Shown here: one piece after another, positions 26,406-39,580 of the stretch
How the letters are laid out: every line of letters starts with the position of its first letter
How positions within the stretch are numbered: the first letter of the stretch is position 1
Assembly (NCBI GenBank): GCA_951406725.2
Contig: OX597835.1
Coordinates: forward strand, 37,944,001-38,008,000
DNA length: 64,000 nt
Direction of reading: 5' to 3'
Source: Octopus vulgaris
Lineage: Eukaryota
Notes under the pieces: model-generated
Database searches by the model: none
What the model was told of the DNA's origin: nothing
What the model saw: the letters and a program-made list of their open reading frames with translations, nothing else
Made by a program: the position numbers and the translations under genes

Positions 26406-26837
26406 GAATAAACTGAATGTGGAACTCAAAAACTTAGAATTTCTACAATAATAGGTGCATTAAGTCCTTGCCGGGACTTGTACCTTGGAAAGTAACTTTC
26501 TAGGTGCAATCCCATGGTCATTCATTACTGAAGGTTTTTTATTTTTCGCACTTTGTCCTATCCGTCTCAGATGGCATGGGGTGGGGAGGCTGGCTAGTAT
26601 GCGTGGGTAACTGCTGGTCTTCCATAAAACAACCTTGCTCAGACTGGTGCCTCGGAGGGTAACTTTCTAGGTGCAATCCCATGGTCATCCATGACTGATG
26701 GGGGTCTTTACCTTTTTATAGGTTCATTGTGTGTGTGTGTGTGTGTCTGTATTTGTCCCCTACCACTGCATGACAACCAGTGCTGGTTTGTTTACATCCC
26801 CATAATTTAGCAGTTCAAAAAGATCAAAAAGAGAAAC

Positions 26838-27142
26838 ATCATCATCATCATCATCATCATCATATAACGTCCATTTTCCGTGCTAGCAAGGGTTGGACGG
26901 TTCAACCGGGATCTGGGAAGTCAGGAGGCTGCACCAGGCTCCAATCTTGATCTGGCAGTGTTTCTACAGCTGGATGAGTATAGTGGGTGCTTTTTACGTT
27001 CCACCGGCACAGGTGCCAGGGGAGGCTGGCAGTGGCCACGATTGGTTGGTGCTTTCTACATGTGACCGGCACAGAAGCCAGTCAAGGCGGCACTGGCATC
27101 GGCCACATTCAGATGGGGCTTTTTATGTGCCTCTGGCACCAA
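26838..27142 (-). mobile_element. RTE-LINE 3' tail fragment inserted into a SINE A 3' half (26728-27268)
   Basis: (CAT)n then the reverse-complement RTE UTR; SINE A sequence resumes after 27142. Confidence 0.7.
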
Positions 27143-27433
27143 TGTAATAAATATCAGGCTTAAAAATGGAAAAAAAAAATCAAGTCCTGGATCAATTCAT
27201 TCAATTATAATTCTTTGAGGTGGTGCCCCAGCATGGCCGCAGTCTAATGACTGAAACGATTAAAAGACGAAAGATTAGAAAATAAGAGTTGCTTTGTGGG
27301 GACCGAAAGAATTTTGGGTCTGCTCAATTCTTTTCCTGTTTATTTGCTGCGATGAAAGCCATCAGTCAAAGTTGAAAGTCAGATGTTATGGAAGTTCTTC
27401 GATTTTCCTTCTTCTTCTTCTCTTTGCTATCAA

Positions 27434-27475
<42 letters not shown>

Positions 27476-27579
27476 GTGTGTGATGAAAGGTAATGAATGC
27501 AAATATGCAGAATGGTTAATCCCAAAGAAGGAAAATAAAAAGCCTGAAAACAAAATTTCCATAACACGTGACTATAAAT

Positions 27580-27620
<41 letters not shown>

Positions 27621-27709
27621 CACACACATATACACACATACTATATATGTGTGTGTGTATGTATGTATTTATATATGCATATGTATGTATTCATCTATAT
27701 ATACATATA

Positions 27710-27754
<45 letters not shown>

Positions 27755-27768
27755 ACATATACATATTT

Positions 27769-27801
<33 letters not shown>

Positions 27802-28094
27802 TACTATATATGTGTGTGTGTGTATGTATGTATTTATATATACATATATATTTATATATATATATATATATGTATACACATGCATACATGCACACACACA
27901 CATGCATACATATACACACATACTATATATGTGTGTGTGTAAGTATGTATTCATCTATATATGCATATATATTTATATATATATATATGTATACACATAC
28001 ATACATACACACACACACACATACACACATACTATATATGTGTGTGTATGTATGTATGTATCTATTCATCTATATATACATAAATATTTATATA

Positions 28095-28135
<41 letters not shown>

Positions 28136-28585
28136 ACACATACATACATACACACACACGCACATATAAAAGCACTTGCATATATGTATGCTTATGTGTG
28201 TGTGTAAACACATGTCTTTGAGTGAGCATGAGTGTGTAGAAATAATGTAAACTATAACAACTAAGAAAAAAAAGAAATACAGATCGGAATCATTTAAAGA
28301 TGGTGAAAAATGGCAGTTTCTACCTGTGTCCATGTCAGAAATGCAAATTCTCAGGATTGGAAAAAAGACAAAATACATCCATTTGTATCTTAACTTAATG
28401 CAAAACAGAAAATATACTCTAAGTTTCATAATCAGAATCTCCTTTGTACACAATGCAAAAACATGTCCTAATTATGCCGAAGAGGAGAACAATGTCCTTT
28501 GTTCCATAAATTATCTACTCATCCATCCTTTGTCTCCATCGACTATTCCTGGAAGAATTGGGGAGGAAGAGACTTCAGTTACATC

Positions 28586-29681
28586 ATCATCATTTTTCGA
28601 CTGTGGTCGAGACAATGGAACTTACTATGTTACACCAGACCTCACGGTCCATCATAGCATTAGGGAGGTCCTGTTAGGGAGGTCCTGTTGTGTATACTCT
28701 GGTCTGCCAGAGTATACACAATGGCAGTGGAGGGGCAAAGATGCTTGTTGGGGGAGGGATTGCTTTTTAAAGGGAAAAATCATAGTCACCTACCTTGTTT
28801 CCTCTCCTATCATCAACCTTGTTCAAATTGGATATATCCACGAGAACCCTACTTGCCTAAGCTCTGACCAGAGCTTATCGACATATGCCCTGATCCTTCA
28901 TCATCATTGTTTGACCGTGGTCGAGACAATGGGATTTACTATGTTACACCAGACCTCACTGTCCATCATAGCATTACGGAGGTCCTGTTGCTAGATGCCT
29001 GTATCCCTGGAGATTACATCAGGGTAGGAGAGTGTGCGCCCTCTGGTATCGCGAGTAGATGGCTTCCAGAGGAGAAGAGTAGAAATTACCTCGTTTTCGG
29101 CTCTACAACAATGTCCAGCAAACTGGACTCTTCTACCTTTTACAAGAGATGATACAGGTGGTAATTTCCCATATATTTGTACTTTGGTTGGATGACATCA
29201 TCTTTCTCAATCAAAGCTGGAATACTGCAGGGAGACACACTCGCCCCATTTCTCTTCATCATTGTCGTTGACTATGTGCTACGTGTGGCGGCGAGCTGGC
29301 AGACTCGTTACTGCGCCGGGCGAAATGCTTAGCGGTATTTCATCTGTCTTTACGTTCTGAGTTCAAAATTCCTCCAAGGTCGACTTTGCCTTTCGTCCTT
29401 TTGGGGTCGATAAATAATGTACCAGTTTCACACTAGGGTCGATGTAATTGACTTAATCACTTTGTCTGTCCCTGTTTGTCTTCTCTATGTTTAGCCCCTT
29501 GTGGGCATTAAAGAAATATATGTGCTACGTATGTCAGTTGATACCATTTCTGGTAAGGGCCTTGGAATAAAACCTAATAGAAGTTCCAAACACCCAGCTG
29601 AACACTTAACAGACACTGACTCTGCAGACAACATCGCTCTTATCAGTGATTCTCTCTCCAATGCCCAGTCTCTTTTACAAT
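28586..29681 (-). mobile_element. Composite RTE-type insertion bounded by a 13-bp TSD
   Basis: TSD cttcagttacatc at 28573-28585 and 29682-29694; minus-strand C-terminus HPTKVQIYGKLPPVSSLVKGRRVQFAGHCCRAENEVISTLLLWKP at 28898-29205; plus-strand RT GILQGDTLAPFLFIIVVDYVLR...DSADNIAL at 29207-29681. Confidence 0.85.
29287..29518 (+). mobile_element. Full-length SINE family B with 12-bp TSD, nested in the RT fragment
   Basis: TSD tatgtgctacgt at 29273-29284 and 29519-29530; removing it restores DYVLR-MSVDTISG. Confidence 0.92.
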
Positions 29682-29773
29682 CTTCAGTTACATCTTCCTT
29701 GGGGTCCTAGCACAAGTAACTGTCATTACACTTTCAAGCTGGATTCCCGAATGTAACCAGCCAAGACAATGGA

Positions 29774-30001
29774 TACAAGGAGACACTGAAAAGTTTCTGG
29801 TTTGGGGGTAAGAAAAAAATACAGGAGGACCTGTTGATAATGATTTTATTCAACATATTCCCCTCTCAGATTCACACTTCACACACTTATTGCAGCAGCC
29901 CATCAGTTTTTCTAAGCCCTGTAAAAGAACTTAGAGGGTAAGGCCTTCAACTGCTTTTAATGATACCCTTAAAGCCGAGAACTTTTCAGCACCCCCTTGT
30001 A
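29774..30001 (-). mobile_element. Mariner-derived MITE with degenerate TIRs and TA ends
   Basis: TAcaagg..ctgaaaagtt and aacttttcagcacccccttgTA; internal minus-strand LEKL..CNKCV..NLRGEYVE*; related to 16880-17060. Confidence 0.75.
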
Positions 30002-30221
30002 ATAATAATAAGGAAATTATTGTATACAATGCTCAGGTGCACCACAACTTGTCAAAAGTGCGTATGAAGCATATGCAGTAATGTACAAATGTCTGGGAAG
30101 CGAACAATGTATGAGTCAGATACATGCTTGCGTGTGAATGGAGGGGAGAAAATCAGGTGTAGTGTTGGCGAATCTCAGGAAGCATGGAAGTTTTGAAGGA
30201 TGCAGTGCTCCGACAACTAAC

Positions 30222-30224
<3 letters not shown>
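30002..30224 (-). mobile_element. CR1-like LINE 3' end with (ATT)n tail
   Basis: VVSCRSTASFKTSML resembles the CR1 terminal VV.A.S..SFK..L motif; UTR ends ttattattatt. Confidence 0.55.
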
Positions 30225-30314
<90 letters not shown>

Positions 30315-30803
30315 CAGATAGATAGATAGATGTATAACACAAATGATAGAGATGGAAAATGGAATACACGGGAAACTTTATTTCTCACAACAATCGTTTT
30401 AACACATCTTGCATCAATCCATCATGGATGGGAAACTATACTACTTATTGTGGTGCATCTCATCAGGCGATATAATAAGGGCTATCTCATTAAATGAACT
30501 CTGTTTCACTTGGATATGGTACAGCATGTTGTTAGTGACCATAGGTTTAAGCTGCTGGGCAGGAATGGTGAGAGACAAATTCTGTTGTGAAGTTATAGAT
30601 ATGGACAGGGAGCAATTAAGAAAAATAACAAGGATATTGTATGTCTGTCTATCTGTCTTTCTATCTATCTGTCTACCTATATATTGGAAAATCTGTAAGG
30701 CCCTTGGTACAGTTAGGTTTATTTGGAAAAAGAAAAAGAATGAGTTCACTGGTTGTTCTAACGAGTTTAATTTATTATTTTTAATTTTTTAGTCATTCTT
30801 TTC

Positions 30804-31370
30804 CAGGAGTGGCTGTGTGGTAAGTAGCTTGCTTACCAGCCACATGGTTCCGGGTTCAGTCCCAATGCGTGGCATCTTGGGTAAGTGTCTTCTACTATAG
30901 CCTCAGGTTGACCAAAGCCTTGTGAGTGGATTTGGTAGACAGAAACTGAAAGAAGCCCGTCGTATATATGTGTGTGTGTGTGTATGTTTGTGTGTCTGTG
31001 TTTGTCCCCCCCAACATCGCTTGACAACCGATGCTGGTATGTTTACGTCCCCGTAACTTAGCGGCTCAGCAAAAGAAACCGATAGAATAAGTACTAGGCT
31101 TACAAAGAATAATTCCTGGGGGTTGATTTGCTTGACTAAAGGTGGTGCTCCAGCATGACCACAGTCAAATGACTGAAACAAGGAAAAGAGTAAAGAGTAA
31201 TTCCTGTATCAATCTTTTAATAACTCTTTTTCCATGCTGGTGTGTTTACGTCCCCTTAACTTAGCAGTTCAGCAAAAGAGACCGATAGAATAAGTACTAG
31301 GCTTACAAAGAATAAGTCCTGGGGTCGATTTGCTCGACTAAATTACTGAAAGAAGTAAAAGAGTAAAGAG
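30804..31370 (+). mobile_element. SINE family A plus duplicated 3' part
   Basis: Full copy 30804-31198; second 3' segment 31234-31370. Confidence 0.9.
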
Positions 31371-31919
31371 TTTCTTCAAATACACACACACACACACACA
31401 TAATGGCCATCCTGAAACACAACTTAATACGCTTCAAGAGAAAAGTTCACATCATGAATCTTGTAAACCAAATGCTAAAATAGAAAAGCTTCCATGTTCG
31501 TCAAGAAATAATTGCTGTTAACTATCGAATCCACTTTCTGGTATGGTTGGCATTTCGGTATTCGAAAAATTATAATAAAATGATTAATTCGTTAATGCAG
31601 AGTAACATTTTAATTAATGTCGCTTTGTATGATTGAATGCAATATACCCAGAAATTTGTCAACTTAAATATACATTAATTTTTCCCTTAAAATTTTCCTT
31701 ACAAGAGATAAACAGACATGCTCTTGAAGGCTGACACTTCTGATTAACATGATCTGAATCTGCAAGAAACAGCAGCTAAATCTTCCTCAAACCGCACAAC
31801 CTGCTCTTATGAAGATGAAAGCATGCAATGTGTGTGTGTGTGTGTCTGTGTGTAAATATGTATATGTATATATATGCATATATAGACGTGTGTCTGCGTG
31901 CATGTGAGTATTATTTTAT

Positions 31920-32105
31920 TCTTTAACTTGTTTCAGTCATTTAACTGCGGCCACGCTGGAGCACCACCTTTAGTCGGGACTTATTCTTTGTAAGCCTCGT
32001 ACTTATTCTATCAGTCTCTTTTGCCAACCCGCTAAGTTACGGGGACATAAACACACAAGCATCGGTTGTCAAGTGATGTTGGGGGGACAAACACACAGAC
32101 ACACA

Positions 32106-32156
<51 letters not shown>

Positions 32157-32322
32157 AACGATGGGCTTCTTTCAGTTTCCATCTACCAAATCCACTCATG
32201 AGGCTTTGGTCGGCCCGAGGCTATAGTAGAAGACACTTGCTCAAGGTGCCATGCAGTGGGACTGAACCCAGAACCATGTGGTTGGTAAGCAAGCTACTTA
32301 CCACACAGTCACTCCTATGCCT
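31920..32322 (-). mobile_element. SINE family A
   Basis: Reverse complement of family A. Confidence 0.9.
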
Positions 32323-33144
32323 GTGTGCATATATAGATGTGTTTTACTCTTATTGCTTATTCTTTTATACTTCTTTACACATTTTGCTGTATTTTGCATT
32401 TAACCCTGTTTTTTCTTGTGCATGGGTGTATATAGACGTGTGCATGAACCTTTTTTGTGCGTGTATGCGTGCAAGTGAGTATGCAGCTATGCATATATTT
32501 TTAGCGAATGTGTGGGTGAACATGTGTGTGTTTCAAGTGAGGGTGGATGAGTATATACTTATAGGCGCATGTACATGGGTGCACGAGCGCACATGTGTAG
32601 GTATGGACAGGCGTGCTTATGTGAATACTATGACCATTTTTACTCCCTTACCTTTACTCCCTCCCCTCACTTAGCGATCATCCTAATAGCTCTTTTGTCT
32701 TAATAAGGGTCAATCGCACAGTAATTTCCCTTTGTTTTAAAGATCATTTTCATAGCATTTTTTTCGATGGTCAGATAACTGAAGAGATGGAGGCATGGGT
32801 TTACACCCTGACATCTGAAACTCAGCATTTTATCATGGCTAATGAATAATTGTCACATTTTATATTTAACAGATAAATTCCTCTATTTACATAATATCGA
32901 GGTCTCTTTCATTCTTTTGTTGTCTTACCATTTCTATCAATATATACATATATAAATATATATTTATATATATATATGTATGTATATATATATATGTGTG
33001 TGTATATATGTGTGTATATATATATGTATATATATGTATGTCTATATATATGTATATATATATGTATGTCTATATATATGTATATATGTGTGTATATATG
33101 TATGTATGTATATATATGTATGTATGTATATATATGTATGTATG

Positions 33145-33215
<71 letters not shown>

Positions 33216-33224
33216 TTATCAGAT

Positions 33225-33420
33225 GCCATGATAGATAGTTAGCCACGACACACATTTTTTCTCACTTTGTTTCTCTCCTTGTTTTTTCTGTGTACCTTTC
33301 TGTAGAAGAGCGTAGGCTCGAAACGTAAAAGACTTTTTCTATTCCTAAGCTTTATACTAATACATCTGTTTGTTTTGTACACCACCTGTCTTCGTCTTTT
33401 GTTTTTTCGTAAACTTTCCC

Positions 33421-33424
<4 letters not shown>
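33225..33424 (+). mobile_element. ~200-bp Penelope-like terminal repeat relic with hammerhead-like motif (copies at 35891-36087 minus and 52140-52340 plus)
   Basis: Three highly similar copies next to (TA)n or (GATA)n; cttt-CTGTAGA-a-GAGC-gtag-GCTC-GAAA-CG-TA-aaag. Confidence 0.65.
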
Positions 33425-33500
<76 letters not shown>

Positions 33501-34106
33501 TATATGTATATATATATATATATTCATATTTGTATATATATATACAACTGCAACGCTCATTAGTATATATTTATCTTTGTGTGTGTGTCATTGTATCTGT
33601 ATTTTGTTCCCCACCTTTGCTTGACAGCCGGTGTTGGTGTGTTTACATCCCTGTAATGTAGCGGCTCAGCAAAAGAAACCAACAGAATAAGCACCAGGCC
33701 TAAAAGAAAACAGGTTCCAGGCTAGATATGTTCAACTAAAATTCTTCGAAGTATTGCCCCAGCAAGGCCACAGTCTAATGACTGAAGCAAGAAAAAGACA
33801 AGCAATATACAAGCATGTATATATGTATGTATGTGTGTATAATCACAAGTACGTGCATGACACATATGTTCATATAGGCATGCATCACTGACTGTTTGTA
33901 ATTATATACACATAAACACTCAAACTATCAAGCAATCTTGATATCATAAGTAATGTCAGGTTTTTAACATTAACATATATATTTATATATTTATAGATAT
34001 ATATAAATATTAAATAAATACAATAAATATGCAATAAAATGACAAAACAAGGAAACTTTATTTTCCTAAAACAAATATACTAAAAGAAACACACACATCA
34101 CCATCA

Positions 34107-34142
<36 letters not shown>

Positions 34143-34218
34143 TTATATATATATATATATGAATATGTATATAATATATATACACACACACATATACATA
34201 TAGACATACATACACATG

Positions 34219-34251
<33 letters not shown>

Positions 34252-34273
34252 GCATATACACATAGACATACAT

Positions 34274-34344
<71 letters not shown>

Positions 34345-34353
34345 TATATATAA

Positions 34354-34454
<101 letters not shown>

Positions 34455-35835
34455 GGTTTATATACATGTCAATATGTGCCAAAATGTTGGCAAGAAAATG
34501 TAATTCTCGTTGACAGTTCATTTAAATGTCGGAATATATTTCCTTATAGCTATTAATATGTCTTTTGCAGATTTACACACTCAAAGACTTTCCCATAACA
34601 TGTTAAGAAAAAAAAAAAAAAAGCAATGAGATTTCAAGAACAACAAATATATAAACACTATGTTGGGAGAATTTTTTGAAATTTTTTTCTTGTTTTTTTA
34701 TTTTGCTCTGTATTTAACAAGTGTACAGTTTCCCCACTTTTAAGAGGATTCTTCAAATTTCTAGAAATATGAGAATTGCTAATCGTATGTATGTGTGTGT
34801 GTGTGCATGCTTGTATGTATGTACAAATGTATATAAGTAAGTATATATATGTTATGTATGTATATATGTGTTAGTGTTTATATGTTATGAATGTATGTAT
34901 GGATGGATTGATAAATGTTTGCATGTATGAGTGTATGTATATTTATGTATATGTATACATGTACATATGTATTTATGTGTGTATTGATGCGTGTATGCAT
35001 GTACATGTGTTCGAATTGATGGATGAATGTATGTATATATGCGTGTATGTATTGGTGGATGGATGTGTGTTTATATGTGTATGTATGCATGCATGTATAT
35101 GTTTATGTGTATGTACCTACGCATGAATGTGTGAAAATATTATGCATATATGCATGCAGGTATATATGCATTTATAAATATATGCAATTATGGGTATATA
35201 CATATGCATGTCTGTACATATATATATAAGTATGTATGTATGCATATATATATGTATGTATATATATGTGTGTGTGTATATATATGTATGTATATATATG
35301 TTTATATATATGTGTATATATATGTGTGTATGTGTGTGTGTATATATGTTTGTAAGTATTTATACACGCATCCATGTATGTGTATATATATGCATGCCAC
35401 ATGTATGCTCGCATCTATGTAGATATGTATCAATATATACACATATTCATGTATCAGTAATGGGAAAGTGGATAAAAGTACTCAATTCCATGGTAGAGTT
35501 TTATGGAGTTTTTTTAGGCTGATCCAATGGCATCTAACTCTGCAGTTTTTCTGATGTTTTACCAATTTCTCAGACAGGAATATTACCGTTTCTAGTCTAT
35601 TCCATATCATATTTCTTTCTTTCTTTTTTCTTTCTTTCTTCCTTCCTTCCTTTTTTTCTGTCTGTGTGTCACATTATATATGAAAATAATTTAACATGAA
35701 ACTTTAAGATTTCTTCATGCATTTTATTTGAGTACATGTCTATTAAATTTTTATAAAATCAAGTGTTGACAGGGACTTTGAAGTTCTGGCTTGCTCATCT
35801 TAATCTGTGTATATGTAAGTATAAATATATATATA

Positions 35836-35896
<61 letters not shown>

Positions 35897-36395
35897 AGAG
35901 TTTACGAAAAAAACAAAAGACGAAGACAGGTGGTGTACAAAACAAACAGATGTATTAGTATGACACTCAGGAATAGAAAAAGTCTTTTACATTTTGAGCC
36001 TACGCTCTTCTACAGAAAGGGACACAGAAAAAATGAGAGAAAGAAGGAAAGAAAAATGTTTGTAGTGGCTAACGATCTATCATGGTGACTGATATATATA
36101 TATATATATAGACATATTTTTCATACTTACATGTATGTGGTTTAGTGGCTAGGGTGATCAGCTCTCAGTTGTAAGGAAGTGAATTCGGTTCCCAGCAGTG
36201 CACTGTGTCCTTGAGCAAAACACTTTATTTGACGTAGCTGCAGTCTACTCAACAGGTAAAAATGAGTAGCACCTGTAATTCAAATGGGATACCTTGTCAT
36301 ATTCTGTGTCATACTGAATCTCCGTATGAACTTTGTTAAGGGCATGTTGTGGAAGGATTCCGACCCCCACCCCATGTAACTAATAGTGGACTGAC

Positions 36396-36750
36396 ATCAT
36401 CATCATCGTTTAACGTCCGTTTTCTGTGCTAGCATGGGTTGGACGGTTCGACCGGGGTCTGGGAAGCCAGGAGGCTGCATCAGGCTCCAGTCTGATCTGG
36501 CAGTGTTTCTACAGCTGGATGCCCTTCCTAACGCCAACCACTCCGTGAGTGGAGTGGGTGCTTTTTATATGCCAGGGGAGGCTGGCAACGGTCATGATCA
36601 GTTGGTGCTTTTTACGTGCCACCGGCACGGAAGCCAGTCAAGGTGGCGCTGGCATCGACCACATCGCTGGCATCAACCATGTCGCTGGCATCGACCACAT
36701 CGCTGGCATCAACCACGTCGCTGGCATTGACCAAATGCTGGCATCAACCA
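36396..36750 (-). mobile_element. RTE-LINE 3' tail with ~19-bp gctggcatcaaccacatc-type repeats
   Basis: (CAT)n then the reverse-complement RTE UTR; about five tandem units at 36648-36750. Confidence 0.8.
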
Positions 36751-37478
36751 CGTTATATATATATATTTATAAACACATCCATCCGTTCATTCAACCATCA
36801 CTCTGTACATACATGCATACATAGAATATACACACACACATATGCGCATGCACATAGATATATATACATATGTAACATATACTTATATACATCTATACAT
36901 GCATACATATATACATGCACACATAAATGCATACATACATACATACATACATACATGCATGCATACATACATACATACATACATAAATACATACATACAT
37001 ACATACATGCAAACATACATACACACATGCATACATACATACACACATACATACATACATACATACATACATACAAACATACGTACGTACATACATACAT
37101 ACATACATACATACATACATACATACATACATACATACATACATACATACATACATACATACATACATACGATTAGCAATTCTCGTATTTCTTGAAATTT
37201 GAAGAATCCTCTTAAAAGTGGGGAAACTGAACACTTGTTAAATAATGAAAAACGAAAACAACCACCTACTTCGGAAATACAATAACAAGGAACAATGTTT
37301 ATATATTTGGTGTCCTTGGAACTTGCATTCTCTGCAAAGACAATTTCTCTTTGGAGAGAAACCACAGCAAAATTCTTTCCTAGCTTAAGTGTACACAAAC
37401 ATATTAAACATAAATACACATATATATGTGTGTGTATGTGTGTGTGTGTGTATATATTTATATACATATATATATATT

Positions 37479-37526
<48 letters not shown>

Positions 37527-37528
<2 letters not shown>

Positions 37529-37830
37529 GAGGCGCAATGGCTGAGTGGTTAGGGCAGCGAACTCGTAGTCGTTGGATCGCGGGTTCGATTCCCAGACCGG
37601 GCGTTGTGAGTGTTTATTGAGCAAAAACACCTAAAGCTCCACGAGGCTCCGGCAGGGGGCGGTGGTGATCTCTGCTGTACTCTTTCACCACAACTTTCTC
37701 TCACTCTTTCTTCTGTTGGCCTGCTCGCTTAGCCAGTGGGGTGGCGTCATTTGAAGGCTAAAACAATGCAAAGCGCATTGTGACCAGCGATGTGTAGCAG
37801 CATCTGATAGCCTGGTCGGTCACGGTGATC
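37527..37830 (+). mobile_element. SINE family C
   Basis: ggaggcgcaatggctgagtggttagggcagc...gggttcgattccc head. Confidence 0.85.
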
Positions 37831-37907
37831 ATGGTGATATATATATATATTACAGAGATGTACTTGCATAGCAAGTGACTTGATCTGAGATCGTGTCCTG
37901 GAACGAA

Positions 37908-38102
37908 AACAATTGCAGCGTGGTAGGTGTTTATAAGCCATTTAAGAAACACACAAAACCGTTAGATTCACTTCAATATTTAAATTTAATTTGTCAAAAT
38001 TAAATTTCAATTTTGACAAATTAAATTTAAATGTTGAAGTGAATCTAACAGTTTTGTGTGTTTCTTAAATGGCTTAAAAACACCTTCCACGCTGCAATTG
38101 TT
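37908..38102. mobile_element. Fold-back palindrome, ~94-bp arms, 7-nt spacer
   Basis: Arms differ at about four positions. Confidence 0.85.
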
Positions 38103-38491
38103 ATATATATATATAATAGTGTATGAAACATACACGAAGAGAAAACCACCAAGTGGATTTCTTACATGCTGAAAATGGCAGTGAAAGCCTAAAACCATGA
38201 AAGAATATTGTCACATTAAAGCACATTGATGTTGGTACATATTGCAGTTTTATGGTTATGCATTTAATTTAGCAACTTTGCTGATGAGCTATGGAGGATT
38301 AATTAATCAATTAATTATCTTATATATATACAGGGAGACAGAGAGAGAGAAGTGAAGGAAATCTTAAATGCAGAACAGCTTGGAAACAGTTTTTAAAGAA
38401 GAGGGTAAAAAACACCCCTATATATAGGAAAAGTGGTCATGTGTGTGTGTGTGTATAAATGTATATCTCTGTATATACATGTATTTATTTA

Positions 38492-38550
<59 letters not shown>

Positions 38551-38944
38551 CCTCAAATTACATCTTACCACCTTAACAAAATGGATACATTTTGGATTAC
38601 AGAAATGGATAACAGAGCTCTTGATACAGTTTTTGTTTGAAAGTCAGATTGGATGGTCCAGGTTAGACCGTTTTCAATAGTAAAGCTGTTATCTAAGCAA
38701 CAATAACAAAACCAACAACAGAAAACATTGGATTTTGAGATGCTGGAACTGATTTGAGTGAGGGCATTTGCTCAAGTGGTTAGGTTCTTGAACTAATGAC
38801 CCCAATTCCCACACCAGGCAATGCATTGTCTCTTTATGTAAAACATTTCATTTCATATTGCCTCAGTCTACTCAGCTGTAAAAGAGTGACCCTGCAATGG
38901 AATGGTGTTCCATTCAAGGGGGACATTGTGATTACAGCCACTTA

Positions 38945-39580
38945 TCATCTTCATCATCATCAGCTAAATAATTTGTTTTCCATACTGGCATGGGTTAGAT
39001 GGTTTGACTGGAGTTGGTATGTCAGAAATCTGCACCAGACCCCAGTCATCTGTTTTGGCTTGGTTTCTACGCTTGGATGCCCTTCCTAATGCCAGTCCCT
39101 TTATGGAGTGTACTGGGTGTGTCTTACATGACACTGGAATGGGTGCTCTTTCAGGTGTCACCCGTTCAAGTATCTTTCGTGATGCCCTTTCAAGTGTCAC
39201 TATTGTAAGTGCCTTTTACATGTCATCGGCACAGGTGCCTTTTAAGTGTTACCGGCACAGGTGCCGTTTACATGTCACTGGCATGGGTGCACTTTGAGGT
39301 GTCACTAGAGTAGGTGCCCTTTGTGTGTCACCAGCATGAGTGTCTTCCACATGTCACTAGCGAGGGTGCCCTTTCAGGTGTTACCATTGTGGGTACTTTT
39401 TATGTGTCATCAGAGCAGATGTATCTTACATGTCACTGGCATAGGTGCCTTTTATATGTCACCAGCACTGACAACAATAATGATTTCACTCGACTTGACA
39501 TGTCTTCACAAACACAGCAAATTGTCAAAAGTCTTGGTCACTTGTCATTGCCTCTATGAGACTCAACAACCAAAGATCAT
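38945..39580 (-). mobile_element. Diverged RTE-LINE 3' end
   Basis: Minus strand DDLWLLSLIEAMTSDQDF*QFAV, UTR with ggcattaggaagggcatcc, (GAT)n tail. Confidence 0.7.

Noticed and set aside
37527-37600. tRNA gene
   Set aside because: tRNA-derived SINE head that continues into SINE body; the same applies to all A/B-box hits here
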